From Flavobacteriaceae bacterium (GTDB lineage Bacteria; Bacteroidota; Bacteroidia; Flavobacteriales; Flavobacteriaceae): a stretch of 54,587 nucleotides of DNA. Shown piece by piece: positions 1 through 10,551 of the stretch; within the stretch, counting starts at the first letter, position 1; each line of letters opens with the position of its first letter. The translations under genes were made by a program, and so were the position numbers. The stretch covers positions 1 to 54,587 of the forward strand of contig DAOUTI010000001.1 of the NCBI GenBank assembly GCA_030626795.1, given 5' to 3'. The notes beneath the pieces were generated by a model. That model had not been told where the DNA came from. It did no database searches and worked only from the letters and a program-made list of their open reading frames with translations.

Positions 1-176
1 ATATTTTCAACACTAATTAGATTCACAATTCTGTTTCTTGCAAAGAAACGGATTATTTGAACTATATGTAATAAGAAAGATTAAAAAACTTATATATCTA
101 CAATCAACTCACCCCGTTGACTAACTTAATTATGAAGATAGTTATCGGGTGTGTGAAAATTAATTCAAAAGGATTA

Positions 177-731
177 TTATCCCTTAAACTCAGACTTAAA
201 ATCTTTTTGATATTTTTCCCAATCTTCTTTAGAGGTTATGTTTTTATGACCATCAGCCAAAAAGAGCTTTAAATAGAGTTCTAATTGTGTAGGCGTTTTA
301 TAACCAGGTAAAGGTGAAATAGTATTTCCTTTTTCATCAAAAAATATAATAGTAGGATAAGCAGTTATTTGTAAAGCTTGTGATAATTGATGTTGTGCAT
401 TTCTACTATTGGCCTTTGAAGCATCGTAATTTGGGTTTGCAAAATCTTGATCTTTATAAGTAATGGCTTCATTTCCTTCCGCATTAAATTTCACGGCATA
501 GTAGTTTTTATTTACAAATTTCACTACATCAGGATTTTGAAAAGTATTTTTGTCTAACATTTTACATGGTCCACACCAATTGGTATATGCGTCCATCATA
601 ATTTTTTTTGGATTTTGAGCTTGAGCTGAAAGCGCTTCATTCATCGTCATCCAATTTATCTTGTCATTTTGAGCTTTGGAAGTTAGACTCAACATAAATA
701 TTGCTAAAACTAAAAGAGTTCCTTTTTTCAT
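177..731 (-). CDS. Secreted thioredoxin-fold protein (thioredoxin-like/SoxW-DUF255 type)
   Basis: Signal peptide, WCGPC redox motif, cis-Pro motif YPT. Confidence 0.85.
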   Translation of the reverse strand: MKKGTLLVLAIFMLSLTSKAQNDKINWMTMNEALSAQAQNPKKIMMDAYTNWCGPCKMLDKNTFQNPDVVKFVNKNYYAVKFNAEGNEAITYKDQDFANPNYDASKANSRNAQHQLSQALQITAYPTIIFFDEKGNTISPLPGYKTPTQLELYLKLFLADGHKNITSKEDWEKYQKDFKSEFKG

Positions 732-831
732 AAAAAATAATATTTTTAATAATTTGTTTACTTGGTAGTAAATGATATGCCGAAATTACAAAAAGCCTTC
801 TTAAAATAAAAAAGTATGAAACATTAATCAC

Positions 832-2619
832 TTACTTATCAATTCCGTGCATCATTCTTTTAATAGGTTTGTTAAGACTTAAGATTACTAAACCTGCAAT
901 AAAAGGAATAATTGTAAAAATTAAGAAAAATCCTGAAAAACCAACATTTTCAGCTATACCATCAGAATATTCTGCCATGATAGAGGCTAGTTTTCCGGCT
1001 AACCCAGTAAAAACATACCATATTCCAAATAAGAAACCTAACATACGAGCCGGAGCTAATTTACTTACGTACGATAAGCCTACTGGGGCTACAGCTAATT
1101 CTCCCATGGTGTGCAAAAAATAGGCTAATAACAACCACACCATACTTACAGAAGCTGTTTTTGCTCCTGCCGGAATACTGGAAGCGCCAATGGCTAACAT
1201 TCCAAAGCCCAAAGCAAGAAATGTTAATCCTCCAAAAAATTTCTGAGGTCCCGAAAATTTATACTTTTCCCAAATTTTAGAGTAAAGCGGAGCTAATGAA
1301 ATAATAAATACAGGATTAAGTATTTGAAACCAAGATGTATCTACTAAAGCAGAAGTACCTGTTATCTTATCATAAACTCGATAAATAACCAATCCCCAAA
1401 TAATTATAAAACTTATAGAAGTAAATAATATAGTTAAAGGGTACTTTTTAATAATGGCTTTTCCTAATTTGTAGATTACCCAGGTTAATACCAACATTGG
1501 GGCAATGGATAATATAAAATCAATAATTTTATAAAATAAACCCCAGTTTCCTGATAAAGTTCTATTGGTATAATCTCTAGCAAAAATATTCATTGTGGTA
1601 CCTGCTTGCTCAAAACTTGCCCAAAAGAAAATCACAAAAAAAGCAATAATAAAAATTACTTTTAGGCGATCTTTTTCAATAGTTTGGAAACGTTGTAATC
1701 GTGATACCCCTAAAGCGATAAAAAACACCAATGACAATAAGAAAAAGATAGTTGACATATCAATTGGAATAAAAGAACCAAAGGCATCAAATGAAAATAG
1801 ATTCTGACTTAAAAAATGTTTTCCTCTTGTTACTACCGAATATAAACCATCAATTATCCAAGAAATTGATAAGAATCCTCCAATACTTGTAAGGATTATG
1901 TCTTTTTTTGTAAAAGGAACATCTTGTTCTTTTTCTTCTTTTGAAAGATTTTTTTCTTTTGGTTTAGGCTCTGATGCTGCTTTCCCGAAGACTTCACGAG
2001 CAAAATAAAACTGTAATAAGCCAAAAAACATAAAAATGCCCGCAAGGCCAAACCCCCATGTCCAGCTAAAAGTTTCTCCAATCCAACCAACAAGTAGTGT
2101 ACCGATAAAAGCTCCAGAGTTTACACCCATATAAAAAATAGTATATGCACCATCTTTTTTTTCGCTTTGTGGCGGATACATTTTCCCAACAATAGATGAC
2201 ATATTAGGCTTAAATAAACCAGTACCCAAAATAATTAAGAACAAACCCAAATAAAAAACAGATTTCAGATCTATACCCATTTGCAGGTCAGATACAGCCA
2301 TAGAAGCATGACCTAAAGTTATGATAGAAGCACCAACAATAACAGTTTTCACATGTCCCCATTTATTATCAGCCAACCATCCGCCTAGTAAGGGCATAAA
2401 ATAAACTAACATTACATACCAGCCGTAAAGTGCATAGGCTTCTCCTCTGCTCCAGCCCCAACCATTATCACCAACTTTTGCTACTAAAAATAAAATCAAC
2501 AGAGCACGCATACCATAGTATGAAAAACGTTCCCACATTTCAGTAAAGAATAATACAAACAAGCCTATAGGGTGTCCTAATATTTGGGGTTGGTCACTTC
2601 CTTGTACGTAATCTGACAT
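832..2619 (-). CDS. POT/PTR family proton-dependent oligopeptide transporter (MFS)
   Basis: FFTEMWERFSYYGMRA motif, GTGLFKPN, FYMGVNSG, many TM helices. Confidence 0.95.
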   Translation of the reverse strand: MSDYVQGSDQPQILGHPIGLFVLFFTEMWERFSYYGMRALLILFLVAKVGDNGWGWSRGEAYALYGWYVMLVYFMPLLGGWLADNKWGHVKTVIVGASIITLGHASMAVSDLQMGIDLKSVFYLGLFLIILGTGLFKPNMSSIVGKMYPPQSEKKDGAYTIFYMGVNSGAFIGTLLVGWIGETFSWTWGFGLAGIFMFFGLLQFYFAREVFGKAASEPKPKEKNLSKEEKEQDVPFTKKDIILTSIGGFLSISWIIDGLYSVVTRGKHFLSQNLFSFDAFGSFIPIDMSTIFFLLSLVFFIALGVSRLQRFQTIEKDRLKVIFIIAFFVIFFWASFEQAGTTMNIFARDYTNRTLSGNWGLFYKIIDFILSIAPMLVLTWVIYKLGKAIIKKYPLTILFTSISFIIIWGLVIYRVYDKITGTSALVDTSWFQILNPVFIISLAPLYSKIWEKYKFSGPQKFFGGLTFLALGFGMLAIGASSIPAGAKTASVSMVWLLLAYFLHTMGELAVAPVGLSYVSKLAPARMLGFLFGIWYVFTGLAGKLASIMAEYSDGIAENVGFSGFFLIFTIIPFIAGLVILSLNKPIKRMMHGIDK

Positions 2620-2635
2620 AATAGATTATTAGAAT

Positions 2636-4117
2636 TTATGAATTAACAATTTGTTTTTCTTTTGGTCTAACAACTAACCTATCATAAATAAATAAAGCCA
2701 AAATAGTTACAATACCAATACCTACAATTACATACCAAATTTTGTTAGGTTGATAAATATCCCAAATCATTTGAGTCACTTGATTTTGGGTCATATTTAA
2801 CTTTTCTGATGCCAAAGAAAAATAGTCATTTTTAGTAAAATCTTTGGTTATTTCAGGCATATCAATAGCTCTTTTACTCATTTCTGTTTGTAATAAGCTT
2901 AATTTATCAGACCAAGCTTGGTATAAATTACCTGAAATGAAAGTTGTAAAAAAGTTACCAGCAAATACAGGCAAAAAATAGGTCCCCATATATAGTGCTT
3001 CCTTACCTTTTGGAGAAATTAAAGCAATAAATGAAGAAAATGTTGGGTTAGTCATCATTTCACCAATAGCAAAAATAACGATTCCTAAAATTGTAAATAA
3101 TCCGTTACCGGTATAAAAAGTGATACCAATACCTATAGCTGCAATAATAAACCCTGTTATCATTGCGCTAACATGGCGCATTTTTAAAACATAATATGAA
3201 ACTAATAATTGTAAAAGTACTATTGATCCCGCATCAATATTAATAAGCATTTCAGGATTAACAGATGTACCACCTCCACTCATAAAACTTGCTAACCAAG
3301 GAGAAATTTCAGCTATAGAATCATGTAAAGCAGCAGTATCTATCCAATCTTCAATAAATGTTGGGAGTGTGTAAAATAATTGATTGAACATAGTCCAAAA
3401 TCCCACCATAATTATAAGGAGAACAGTTAGTTTAGTGTCTTTTAAAGCTTCCCAAATATTTTTGATAGAACCCCTTAAGGCTTCTCCAATGGACTCTTCA
3501 TTTTTAACTCTATTGGGCTCTTTAAAGAAAAATATTACGATTAATAAATTAATAAATATTACAATTGCAGCCTGAATAAAAACAATCTTCCAACCATATT
3601 GTGTTCTTAAAGTTGATGAAAAAGCAGGACCAATAAACCCTCCAATATTTACCATCATATAAAAGATTCCAAATCCAAGTGTTGAATTTGATTCATCAGT
3701 TGATTTAGTTATAATTGCAGAAGCTACAGGTTTAAATATAGCAGCACCTACTGCAACGTATAAAAATACGAGGAATACGCTTGAGTAGGAGGTCACTTCT
3801 CCCATAAAATAATAACCTGTTATAAGCATTATATAGGCAATAATCAATGAAAGCTTATAACCAATTTTATCAGCTACAACTCCTGTAAATAGCGGTAACA
3901 AATATAAAATTGCTGTAACAAAACCCATTATTTGACCTTTCTCAGTGTGGGTCAAACCTAAAGCACCCTCATCTGTTGAACCGGTTAAATACAAGGCTAA
4001 AACTGCAAAAAGACCGTACCAAGCCCAACGTTCAAATAGCTCCATGATACTTGCAACCCAAAAACTTTTAGGATAAGAACTCATGACCTGTAAAAATGAT
4101 TTTTTTTCTTTACTCAT
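2636..4117 (-). CDS. Divergent POT-like MFS peptide transporter
   Basis: ELFERWAWYG (ExxER motif), AAIFKP, FYMMVNIGG; start taken at MSKEKK (ATG 4117). Confidence 0.85.
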   Translation of the reverse strand: MSKEKKSFLQVMSSYPKSFWVASIMELFERWAWYGLFAVLALYLTGSTDEGALGLTHTEKGQIMGFVTAILYLLPLFTGVVADKIGYKLSLIIAYIMLITGYYFMGEVTSYSSVFLVFLYVAVGAAIFKPVASAIITKSTDESNSTLGFGIFYMMVNIGGFIGPAFSSTLRTQYGWKIVFIQAAIVIFINLLIVIFFFKEPNRVKNEESIGEALRGSIKNIWEALKDTKLTVLLIIMVGFWTMFNQLFYTLPTFIEDWIDTAALHDSIAEISPWLASFMSGGGTSVNPEMLINIDAGSIVLLQLLVSYYVLKMRHVSAMITGFIIAAIGIGITFYTGNGLFTILGIVIFAIGEMMTNPTFSSFIALISPKGKEALYMGTYFLPVFAGNFFTTFISGNLYQAWSDKLSLLQTEMSKRAIDMPEITKDFTKNDYFSLASEKLNMTQNQVTQMIWDIYQPNKIWYVIVGIGIVTILALFIYDRLVVRPKEKQIVNS

Positions 4118-4197
4118 ATCGATAGTATTTAAAAACAAACTCTATCAAAATTTTTAATAGGGTTTATAAGTTATTTATTTTAATTTATTCATTATTG

Positions 4198-4377
4198 TTA
4201 GTGTATTCCTTCCATTGCTTTATTTAATATAGGTGATACTAAGAATAATAATATTGTTAAACCAAGCATCAACACCATAATTAAGAGGTGTAACTTAAAA
4301 TCAAATTTATGAAATTTAACATTTGGCATTCCGACTAAATAATTACCCGTGACAAAGCTAGCCATCCAAAACACCAT
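4198..4377 (-). pseudogene. C-terminal remnant (59 aa) of a POT transporter
   Basis: Manual translation MVFWMASFVTGNYLVGMPNVKFHKFDFKLHLLIMVLMLGLTILLFLVSPILNKAMEGIH* resembles the last two TM helices and tails of the neighbours (KRMMHGIDK, KRLTHGA). Confidence 0.7.
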
Positions 4378-4412
4378 AACCTCTAAAACTAATTTACAAG
4401 GTTGTTAATTTA

Positions 4413-5975
4413 TTATGCAATTTCAGATTCTTTTTCTAATAATTCTGTTTCGTTAAATTCATGCTCATTATCTTCGGCGCCATGGGTTAACCTTTTTAAG
4501 GGTTTAAGCAAAGCTATAACAAGGAAGCCAAAAATAACGGTGAAAATAGTTATACCTATAAATATGGTGTATTCTCCAAATTCAGAAGCATTTTCACCTA
4601 AAACACCAGCTACTTTATTACCTAACCCTGTAGATGCAAAATATAAACCCATCATAAGGGATGCATATCTTACAGGTGCTAATTTAGTTACAAAAGATAA
4701 AGACACAGGCGAAGAAGAAAGCTCTCCAATGGTATGAAATAAATAAGCGAATACTAACCAGTACATTGCTGAAGCTCCATTTGCTTCATAATCTCTTACT
4801 GCAAAAACCATAAAAACAAACCCTATTCCCATAATCATAGTCCCAGTTGCCATTTTAAAAATAGACGAAGCTTCTTTACTTTTTAGTTTTCTTTTTGCCC
4901 AAAAATTAGCGACTGCAACGGCTAATAAAATAATAAACCCTGCATTTAAACTTTGAAACCATGTTGCTGGAATTTCCCAACCAAATAGCATTCTATCTGT
5001 TTTTGTTTTTGTATAAATACTCATTAATCCTCCTGCTTGTTCAAAAGCTCCCCAAAAAACAATAACAATTGAAAAGGAGAGTAAAACGACTAAAAATCTA
5101 TCTTTTTCAACTTGGTTTCTTAGACTTTTATAAATCATTAATAGCATTCCTACAACAAGTGATAAGAAAATAAATAATGCAACATAAGCCCAATGGTCAA
5201 CTCCTGTTAAAACGAACCCCCCAAAGTAAATTGAAAAAATTACCATAACAATAACAATTCCAAATTGTTTAGGCGATTTTGTTAATTCTAAAAATATTTG
5301 AGAAATAGATACTTGATCTTTTTTTTCATCTTCAGTAGTTTTATTTCCAACGTGAGCTAAATATTTTTGTCCATACATATATACAATTAACCCCAAAAGC
5401 ATCCCTATTCCAGCAAGACCAAAGCCATAATGCCAACCAATTTTTTCACCAACATACCCAACTATAAAAGTTGCCAATAATGAACCTAAGTTTATTCCGA
5501 TATAAAAAATACTAAATCCTTTATCTCTTCTTATATCGCCTTTTTGATATAAACCACCAACCATTGTCGAAATATTAGGTTTTAACATTCCCACACCAGC
5601 TATAATTAAAGCAAGCCCAGAATAAAAAGCCCACATTTCTTCAATAGCTAAAATACTATGACCAGCAACAAGAATTATAGCTCCATACATAACTGCCTTT
5701 TTTTGACCTAAAATTTTATCAGCAATTATTCCTCCAGGAATAGATACAATATATACTAACATGGTGTACCATCCATAAAGCATAATAGATTCAGAAGCAG
5801 TCCAACCTAACCCTGGGTTTTCATTTGTAGTTTTTTCCACTAAATAAAGTGTTAATAATGCTCTCATACCATAGTATGAAAAACGCTCCCACATTTCAGT
5901 AAAGAATAAGAAATAAAGTCCAATAGGATGACCAAATAGCTCTCTTTGATGTGGTTTTAATGTAGTTGTTGACAT
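4413..5975 (-). CDS. POT/PTR family oligopeptide transporter (DtpT-like)
   Basis: FFTEMWERFSYYGMRA, GVGMLKPN, FYIGINLG motifs. Confidence 0.95.
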   Translation of the reverse strand: MSTTTLKPHQRELFGHPIGLYFLFFTEMWERFSYYGMRALLTLYLVEKTTNENPGLGWTASESIMLYGWYTMLVYIVSIPGGIIADKILGQKKAVMYGAIILVAGHSILAIEEMWAFYSGLALIIAGVGMLKPNISTMVGGLYQKGDIRRDKGFSIFYIGINLGSLLATFIVGYVGEKIGWHYGFGLAGIGMLLGLIVYMYGQKYLAHVGNKTTEDEKKDQVSISQIFLELTKSPKQFGIVIVMVIFSIYFGGFVLTGVDHWAYVALFIFLSLVVGMLLMIYKSLRNQVEKDRFLVVLLSFSIVIVFWGAFEQAGGLMSIYTKTKTDRMLFGWEIPATWFQSLNAGFIILLAVAVANFWAKRKLKSKEASSIFKMATGTMIMGIGFVFMVFAVRDYEANGASAMYWLVFAYLFHTIGELSSSPVSLSFVTKLAPVRYASLMMGLYFASTGLGNKVAGVLGENASEFGEYTIFIGITIFTVIFGFLVIALLKPLKRLTHGAEDNEHEFNETELLEKESEIA

Positions 5976-5994
5976 ATATACAATTGATTTTAAA

Positions 5995-8193
5995 TTATTT
6001 TTTTATTTGAAGTTCTTTATTATCAGGTTCTCCTAATGAATTGTCGATAAAATTAGTCATTTTTTTGAAAAGATGGAGTCTTGTGTTATTTCCTTTGTAA
6101 ATACCGTGTGCTCTATCTGGATAACTAAAGTAATCAAATTGTTTATTAGCTTCGATTAATGCATTTACCATTCGCATAGAATTTTGTACGTGTACATTGT
6201 CATCGCCAGTACCATGAATCAGTAAATAATCGCCTTTTAACAAACTTGCAAAATTCAAGGGCGAATTTTCGTCATACCCACTTGGGTTTTCTTGAGGTGT
6301 TTGCATATACCTTTCGGTATAAACCGAATCATAAAAACGCCATGAAGTAACTGGCGCAACAGCGATTGCCATTTTAAAAACATCAGCTCCTTTTGTAATT
6401 GCTAAAGAACTCATATAGCCACCATAACTCCAACCCCAAATACCAATTCTATTGGCATCGATATAATTACGTTTTCCAAGTTCTTTCGCCGCATCGATTT
6501 GATCTTCAATTTCATATTTACCTAATTCTTTATAGGTTACTTTTTTAAAATCACGACCTTTAAAACCAGTTCCTCTACCATCAACACAAACAATAATATA
6601 GCCTTCTTTGGCTAATATATAATACCAATAATCTTTTGAATTATTCCAAGTATTTTTTACAGATTGTGAGCCTGGACCAGAATATTGATACATAAAAAGA
6701 GGATATTCTTTTTTCTTATCAAAGTCATTTGGTTTGATCATCCACATATTAAACTCACCATTTTTTGTTTTAATAGTAGAAAATTCTTTAGGAGATAAAT
6801 TATATTTGGTTAATATTTCAGATAAATTGAAGTTGTTTTTAATTTCCTGAATTTCTTTTCCAGATTTAGCATCCACCAAAGTGTATAGAGGAGGAGTATT
6901 TGTACTCGAAAAAGTATTTACAAAATAATTAAAACTATTACTAAAAGCAGCACTATTATTACCAATAGATTTACTTAGTTTTTGTTTGTTTTTTCCTGAA
7001 ATTCCAATTGTATAAATACTTCTATTTATAGACCCTTCTTCTGTAGATTGGTAAAAAATACGATTGGTTTTATTATCAAAACCATAATATTTAGTTACTT
7101 CCCATGCTCCTTTGGTAATTTGATTTTTTAATTTACCATTTTTATTATAATGATAAATGTGGTTAAAACCATCTTTTTCACTTGTCCAAATAAAACTATT
7201 GTCATCTAAAAAAGTTAGATCATTAGTAATGTTAACATAAGCAGCATCTTTTTCGTTTAAAACTAATGTGCTTTTCAAAGAGTTACCATCAACAAATAAT
7301 AAATTCAAATTATTTTGATGACGATTTAGAGTAATAACAGAGAGCGTATTTGGTTCTTTTGTCCATTTAATTCTAGGAATATAATCTTGTTTGGCATTTG
7401 ATAGTTTTATTTCCCCACTTTTTTTGGTATTTAAATTATAAAGATGCAGACTAACTGTTGAGTTTTTTTCACCTGCTTTTGGGTATTTAAAAGTTTGTTT
7501 GTTTGGATATAATTCTTCGCCGTAAACATCCATAGAAAATTCAGGTACCTCACTTTCGTCAAAGCGGATAAATGCAATTTTATCAGAAGCACTATTCCAG
7601 TCAAAAGCTCTTACAAAAGCAAACTCTTCTTCGTAAACCCAATCGGTAATACCGTTTATTATTTTATTTTTTACTCCATCAAAAGTTATTTGAGTGGTTT
7701 TTGAAGCTTCTAAATTTTTGACATACAAATTATTTTGAAAAACAAAACCAACCTTTTTACCGTCTGGAGAAAAAGTTGGTTCTTGAATCGATTGATCAGA
7801 TATTAACTCTAATTTTTTAGAATCTAAATCATAAATATAGTATTTACCTACTTGAGAATGGCGGTAAATTTTTTCTAAATTTATACCAATAATTAATTTG
7901 GTTTCATCTTTGCTAAAAGTATAATCGTCAAAATATTTTATTCCAGCAAGGTCATTACCAGAAACAATTGTTTCTATTTTTTTTAGGGTTGCATAATCAT
8001 ATTTATCTAAATAGGTACCACTTTGGTTGTGGTTTAAAATGGTATAAAAATCACCATTTCCCATGGCGTGAAAAGATTCCAAACCTTCCGTTTTAAATGT
8101 ATCATTAACCCAGATGTCTTCTAAAGTAATATCTTGTTTTTGTGCTAAAAGTGTGGTTGTTGAAATTAGAAAAAGAAAAAATATTTTTTTCAT
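5995..8193 (-). CDS. Dipeptidyl-peptidase IV (S9B family)
   Basis: DWVYEEE, GWSYGG nucleophile, DDNVH and catalytic His; signal peptide from MKKIFF (ATG 8193). Confidence 0.95.
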   Translation of the reverse strand: MKKIFFLFLISTTTLLAQKQDITLEDIWVNDTFKTEGLESFHAMGNGDFYTILNHNQSGTYLDKYDYATLKKIETIVSGNDLAGIKYFDDYTFSKDETKLIIGINLEKIYRHSQVGKYYIYDLDSKKLELISDQSIQEPTFSPDGKKVGFVFQNNLYVKNLEASKTTQITFDGVKNKIINGITDWVYEEEFAFVRAFDWNSASDKIAFIRFDESEVPEFSMDVYGEELYPNKQTFKYPKAGEKNSTVSLHLYNLNTKKSGEIKLSNAKQDYIPRIKWTKEPNTLSVITLNRHQNNLNLLFVDGNSLKSTLVLNEKDAAYVNITNDLTFLDDNSFIWTSEKDGFNHIYHYNKNGKLKNQITKGAWEVTKYYGFDNKTNRIFYQSTEEGSINRSIYTIGISGKNKQKLSKSIGNNSAAFSNSFNYFVNTFSSTNTPPLYTLVDAKSGKEIQEIKNNFNLSEILTKYNLSPKEFSTIKTKNGEFNMWMIKPNDFDKKKEYPLFMYQYSGPGSQSVKNTWNNSKDYWYYILAKEGYIIVCVDGRGTGFKGRDFKKVTYKELGKYEIEDQIDAAKELGKRNYIDANRIGIWGWSYGGYMSSLAITKGADVFKMAIAVAPVTSWRFYDSVYTERYMQTPQENPSGYDENSPLNFASLLKGDYLLIHGTGDDNVHVQNSMRMVNALIEANKQFDYFSYPDRAHGIYKGNNTRLHLFKKMTNFIDNSLGEPDNKELQIKK

Positions 8194-8423
8194 TGTAGAT
8201 ATTTGAATATAATAATTTGCCAAGTTTACGGAAATTTTATTGATTATTTTATGATTTTAATTGCAAACTTTATAGAAATAATTCGCTTTAACATTATAAC
8301 TATTGTAAAAAATCAAGTTAATAAATAATGAAAAAATTAATATTAACACAATTTCTTAGATATTTGGAAGCGCTAGATTAGTTTCTTTAAATTTACTTCA
8401 CAAAAATTTATACTTGTATTGTT

Positions 8424-8431
8424 TACCTTTG
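8424..8431 (+). promoter_or_regulatory. Bacteroidota -7 promoter element
   Basis: TACCTTTG matches TAnnTTTG, about 20 nt upstream of mvaA. Confidence 0.65.
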
Positions 8432-8451
8432 CAAGTGAAAAATTAGAATAA

Positions 8452-9723
8452 ATGTCAAAAACAATAACAGGATTTTCAAAATTAACCAAAGAAGAAAAAA
8501 TTGAATGGCTTGCAAATAATTTTTTTACAGATGTAAATGACGGAATCAAAACTTTGAATCAATATAATAACCAAAGTGAAAAATTACAGCAATTACACGA
8601 TGAATTTATTGAGAATACAATTTCTAATTTTTATGTTCCCTATGCAATAGCACCCAATTTTATAATTAATAATAAACCATATGCAATTCCAATGGCAATT
8701 GAAGAAAGTTCGGTTGTTGCAGCAGCATCTTTGGTTGCAAAGTTTTGGAGTACACGTGGCGGATTTAAAACGAATGTTATTTCGACTATAAAAGTTGGTC
8801 AAGTACATTTTATGTTTGATGGTGAATATGAAGATTTAAAGAAATATTTTAATCAAATAAAAGAACAATTATTTGCGGCTACAAAAACCATTACCGAAAA
8901 TATGCGAAAAAGAGGAGGAGGTATTTTAGATATTGAACTTCGCAATAAAACTGCCGATTTAGAAAACTATTATCAATTGCATGTTACTTTTGAAACCGCC
9001 GATAGTATGGGTGCAAATTTTATAAATTCTTGTTTGGAGGCAATAGCCGAAGCATTTAAGAATGATGATATTAAAATAGTAATGAGTATTCTATCTAACT
9101 ATGTTCCTGAGTGTTTGGTTAGGGCTGAAGTAAATTGTGATATTGAAGATTTTTTCTCTGAAAATGCAGAGTATTATGCACAAAAATTTATTCAAGCAGT
9201 TGAGATAGCAAATGTTGAACCTTATAGAGCCGTAACACATAATAAAGGAATAATGAATGGAATTGATGCTGTTGTTTTGGCAACGGGCAATGATTTTAGA
9301 GCTGTTGCCGCTGGAGCCCATGCTTATGCAGCTAGAAGCGGAAAGTATAAAAGTCTAACCAACGCAAAAATTGAAAACGGTAAATTTTATTTCTGGATTG
9401 AGATTCCATTATCTTTAGGAACAGTTGGTGGTTTAACCAAATTGCACCCTTTGGCAAAACTTTCTCTTGAAATATTACAAAACCCTTCCGCAAAGGAATT
9501 AATGCAAATTATTGCCGTAGCGGGATTGGCACAAAACTTTGCAGCTTTAAAAGCATTAACAACTACAGGAATTCAAAAAGGGCATATGAAAATGCATTTG
9601 ATGAATATTTTAAATCAGTTGGAAGCTAATTTGCATGAGAAAGAAATTGTTACCAAACAGTTAGATGGTAAAACAGTTTCACATAATACAGTTGCAGCAG
9701 CTTTACATAAATTGAGAACATAA
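8452..9723 (+). CDS. mvaA: Hydroxymethylglutaryl-CoA reductase, class II
   Basis: EESSVVAAAS, DSMGAN, THNKGIMNG, GIQKGHM motifs. Confidence 0.93.
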   Translation: MSKTITGFSKLTKEEKIEWLANNFFTDVNDGIKTLNQYNNQSEKLQQLHDEFIENTISNFYVPYAIAPNFIINNKPYAIPMAIEESSVVAAASLVAKFWSTRGGFKTNVISTIKVGQVHFMFDGEYEDLKKYFNQIKEQLFAATKTITENMRKRGGGILDIELRNKTADLENYYQLHVTFETADSMGANFINSCLEAIAEAFKNDDIKIVMSILSNYVPECLVRAEVNCDIEDFFSENAEYYAQKFIQAVEIANVEPYRAVTHNKGIMNGIDAVVLATGNDFRAVAAGAHAYAARSGKYKSLTNAKIENGKFYFWIEIPLSLGTVGGLTKLHPLAKLSLEILQNPSAKELMQIIAVAGLAQNFAALKALTTTGIQKGHMKMHLMNILNQLEANLHEKEIVTKQLDGKTVSHNTVAAALHKLRT

Positions 9724-9790
9724 TATTTATACCAATTTGTAGATAATAATTTTCTATTGTTTAAAGTGGTTTTTTGCTTTTAATAATATG

Positions 9791-9798
9791 TATCTTTG
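9791..9798 (+). promoter_or_regulatory. -7 promoter element for sod
   Basis: TATCTTTG upstream of sod. Confidence 0.65.
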
Positions 9799-9834
9799 AT
9801 TAAAATAATTTTAACTATTTAAAATCATAATATT

Positions 9835-10443
9835 ATGTCATTTCAATTACCAAAATTACCATATGCTTATGATGCTTTAGAGCCTCATATCGACGCAAGA
9901 ACTATGGAAATTCATCATAGTAAACACCATAACGGATATACAACTAATTTAAATAATGCGATTGCAGGAACAGATTTAGAAGGAAAATCTATTGAAGATA
10001 TTCTTGTAAATTTAGACATGAATAACGCAGCTGTTAGAAATAATGGAGGTGGTTTTTATAATCACGATCTCTTTTGGCAAGTAATGTCGCCTAATGGCGG
10101 AGGTGAGCCAACAGGAGCAGTTGCAAGTGCAATTAATGAAGCTTTTGATTCATTTGAAGCATTTAAAGATGCCTTTTCAAAAGCCGCAGCAACTCGTTTT
10201 GGGTCTGGTTGGGCTTGGTTGTGTGTAAATAAAGGTGGTAAAGTAGAAGTTTGTTCTACACCAAATCAAGATAATCCATTAATGGCGGGTTCTGGTTGTA
10301 ACGGAACACCAATTTTAGGATTAGATGTTTGGGAACACGCTTATTATTTAAATTATCAAAACCGCAGACCAGATTATATCAATGCATTTTTTAATGTGAT
10401 TAATTGGGAAGAAGTTTCAAAACGATACGAAAGCGGTAAATAA
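9835..10443 (+). CDS. sod: Fe/Mn superoxide dismutase
   Basis: [21 protein letters not shown]. Confidence 0.97.
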   Translation: MSFQLPKLPYAYDALEPHIDARTMEIHHSKHHNGYTTNLNNAIAGTDLEGKSIEDILVNLDMNNAAVRNNGGGFYNHDLFWQVMSPNGGGEPTGAVASAINEAFDSFEAFKDAFSKAAATRFGSGWAWLCVNKGGKVEVCSTPNQDNPLMAGSGCNGTPILGLDVWEHAYYLNYQNRRPDYINAFFNVINWEEVSKRYESGK

Positions 10444-10467
10444 TAATCCAAGATTGTATTAAATAGG

Positions 10468-10495
10468 AACCACGGATTTTATTCGTGGTTTTTTT
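10468..10495 (+). terminator. Intrinsic terminator after sod
   Basis: AACCACGGAT/ATTCGTGGTT stem followed by T tract. Confidence 0.8.
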
Positions 10496-10551
10496 GTTAC
10501 TCTATTATTTACAAAATAATTAAAATTGGTTAATTATAAATAATTTAAAAA

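Noticed and set aside
110-152. Imperfect hairpin CACCCCGTTGACTA/TAGTTATCGGGTG downstream of the thioredoxin-fold gene
   Set aside because: Probably a 3' stabilising or terminating stem; it has no U tract or second copy to support more.
766-782. Possible sigma-54 promoter (minus strand CGGCATATCATTTAC) upstream of the thioredoxin-fold gene
   Set aside because: The -12 element does not match the consensus; too weak to call.
8452-9723. Mevalonate-pathway HMG-CoA reductase as a horizontally acquired novelty
   Set aside because: Class II HMGR is an ordinary feature of many Flavobacteriia.
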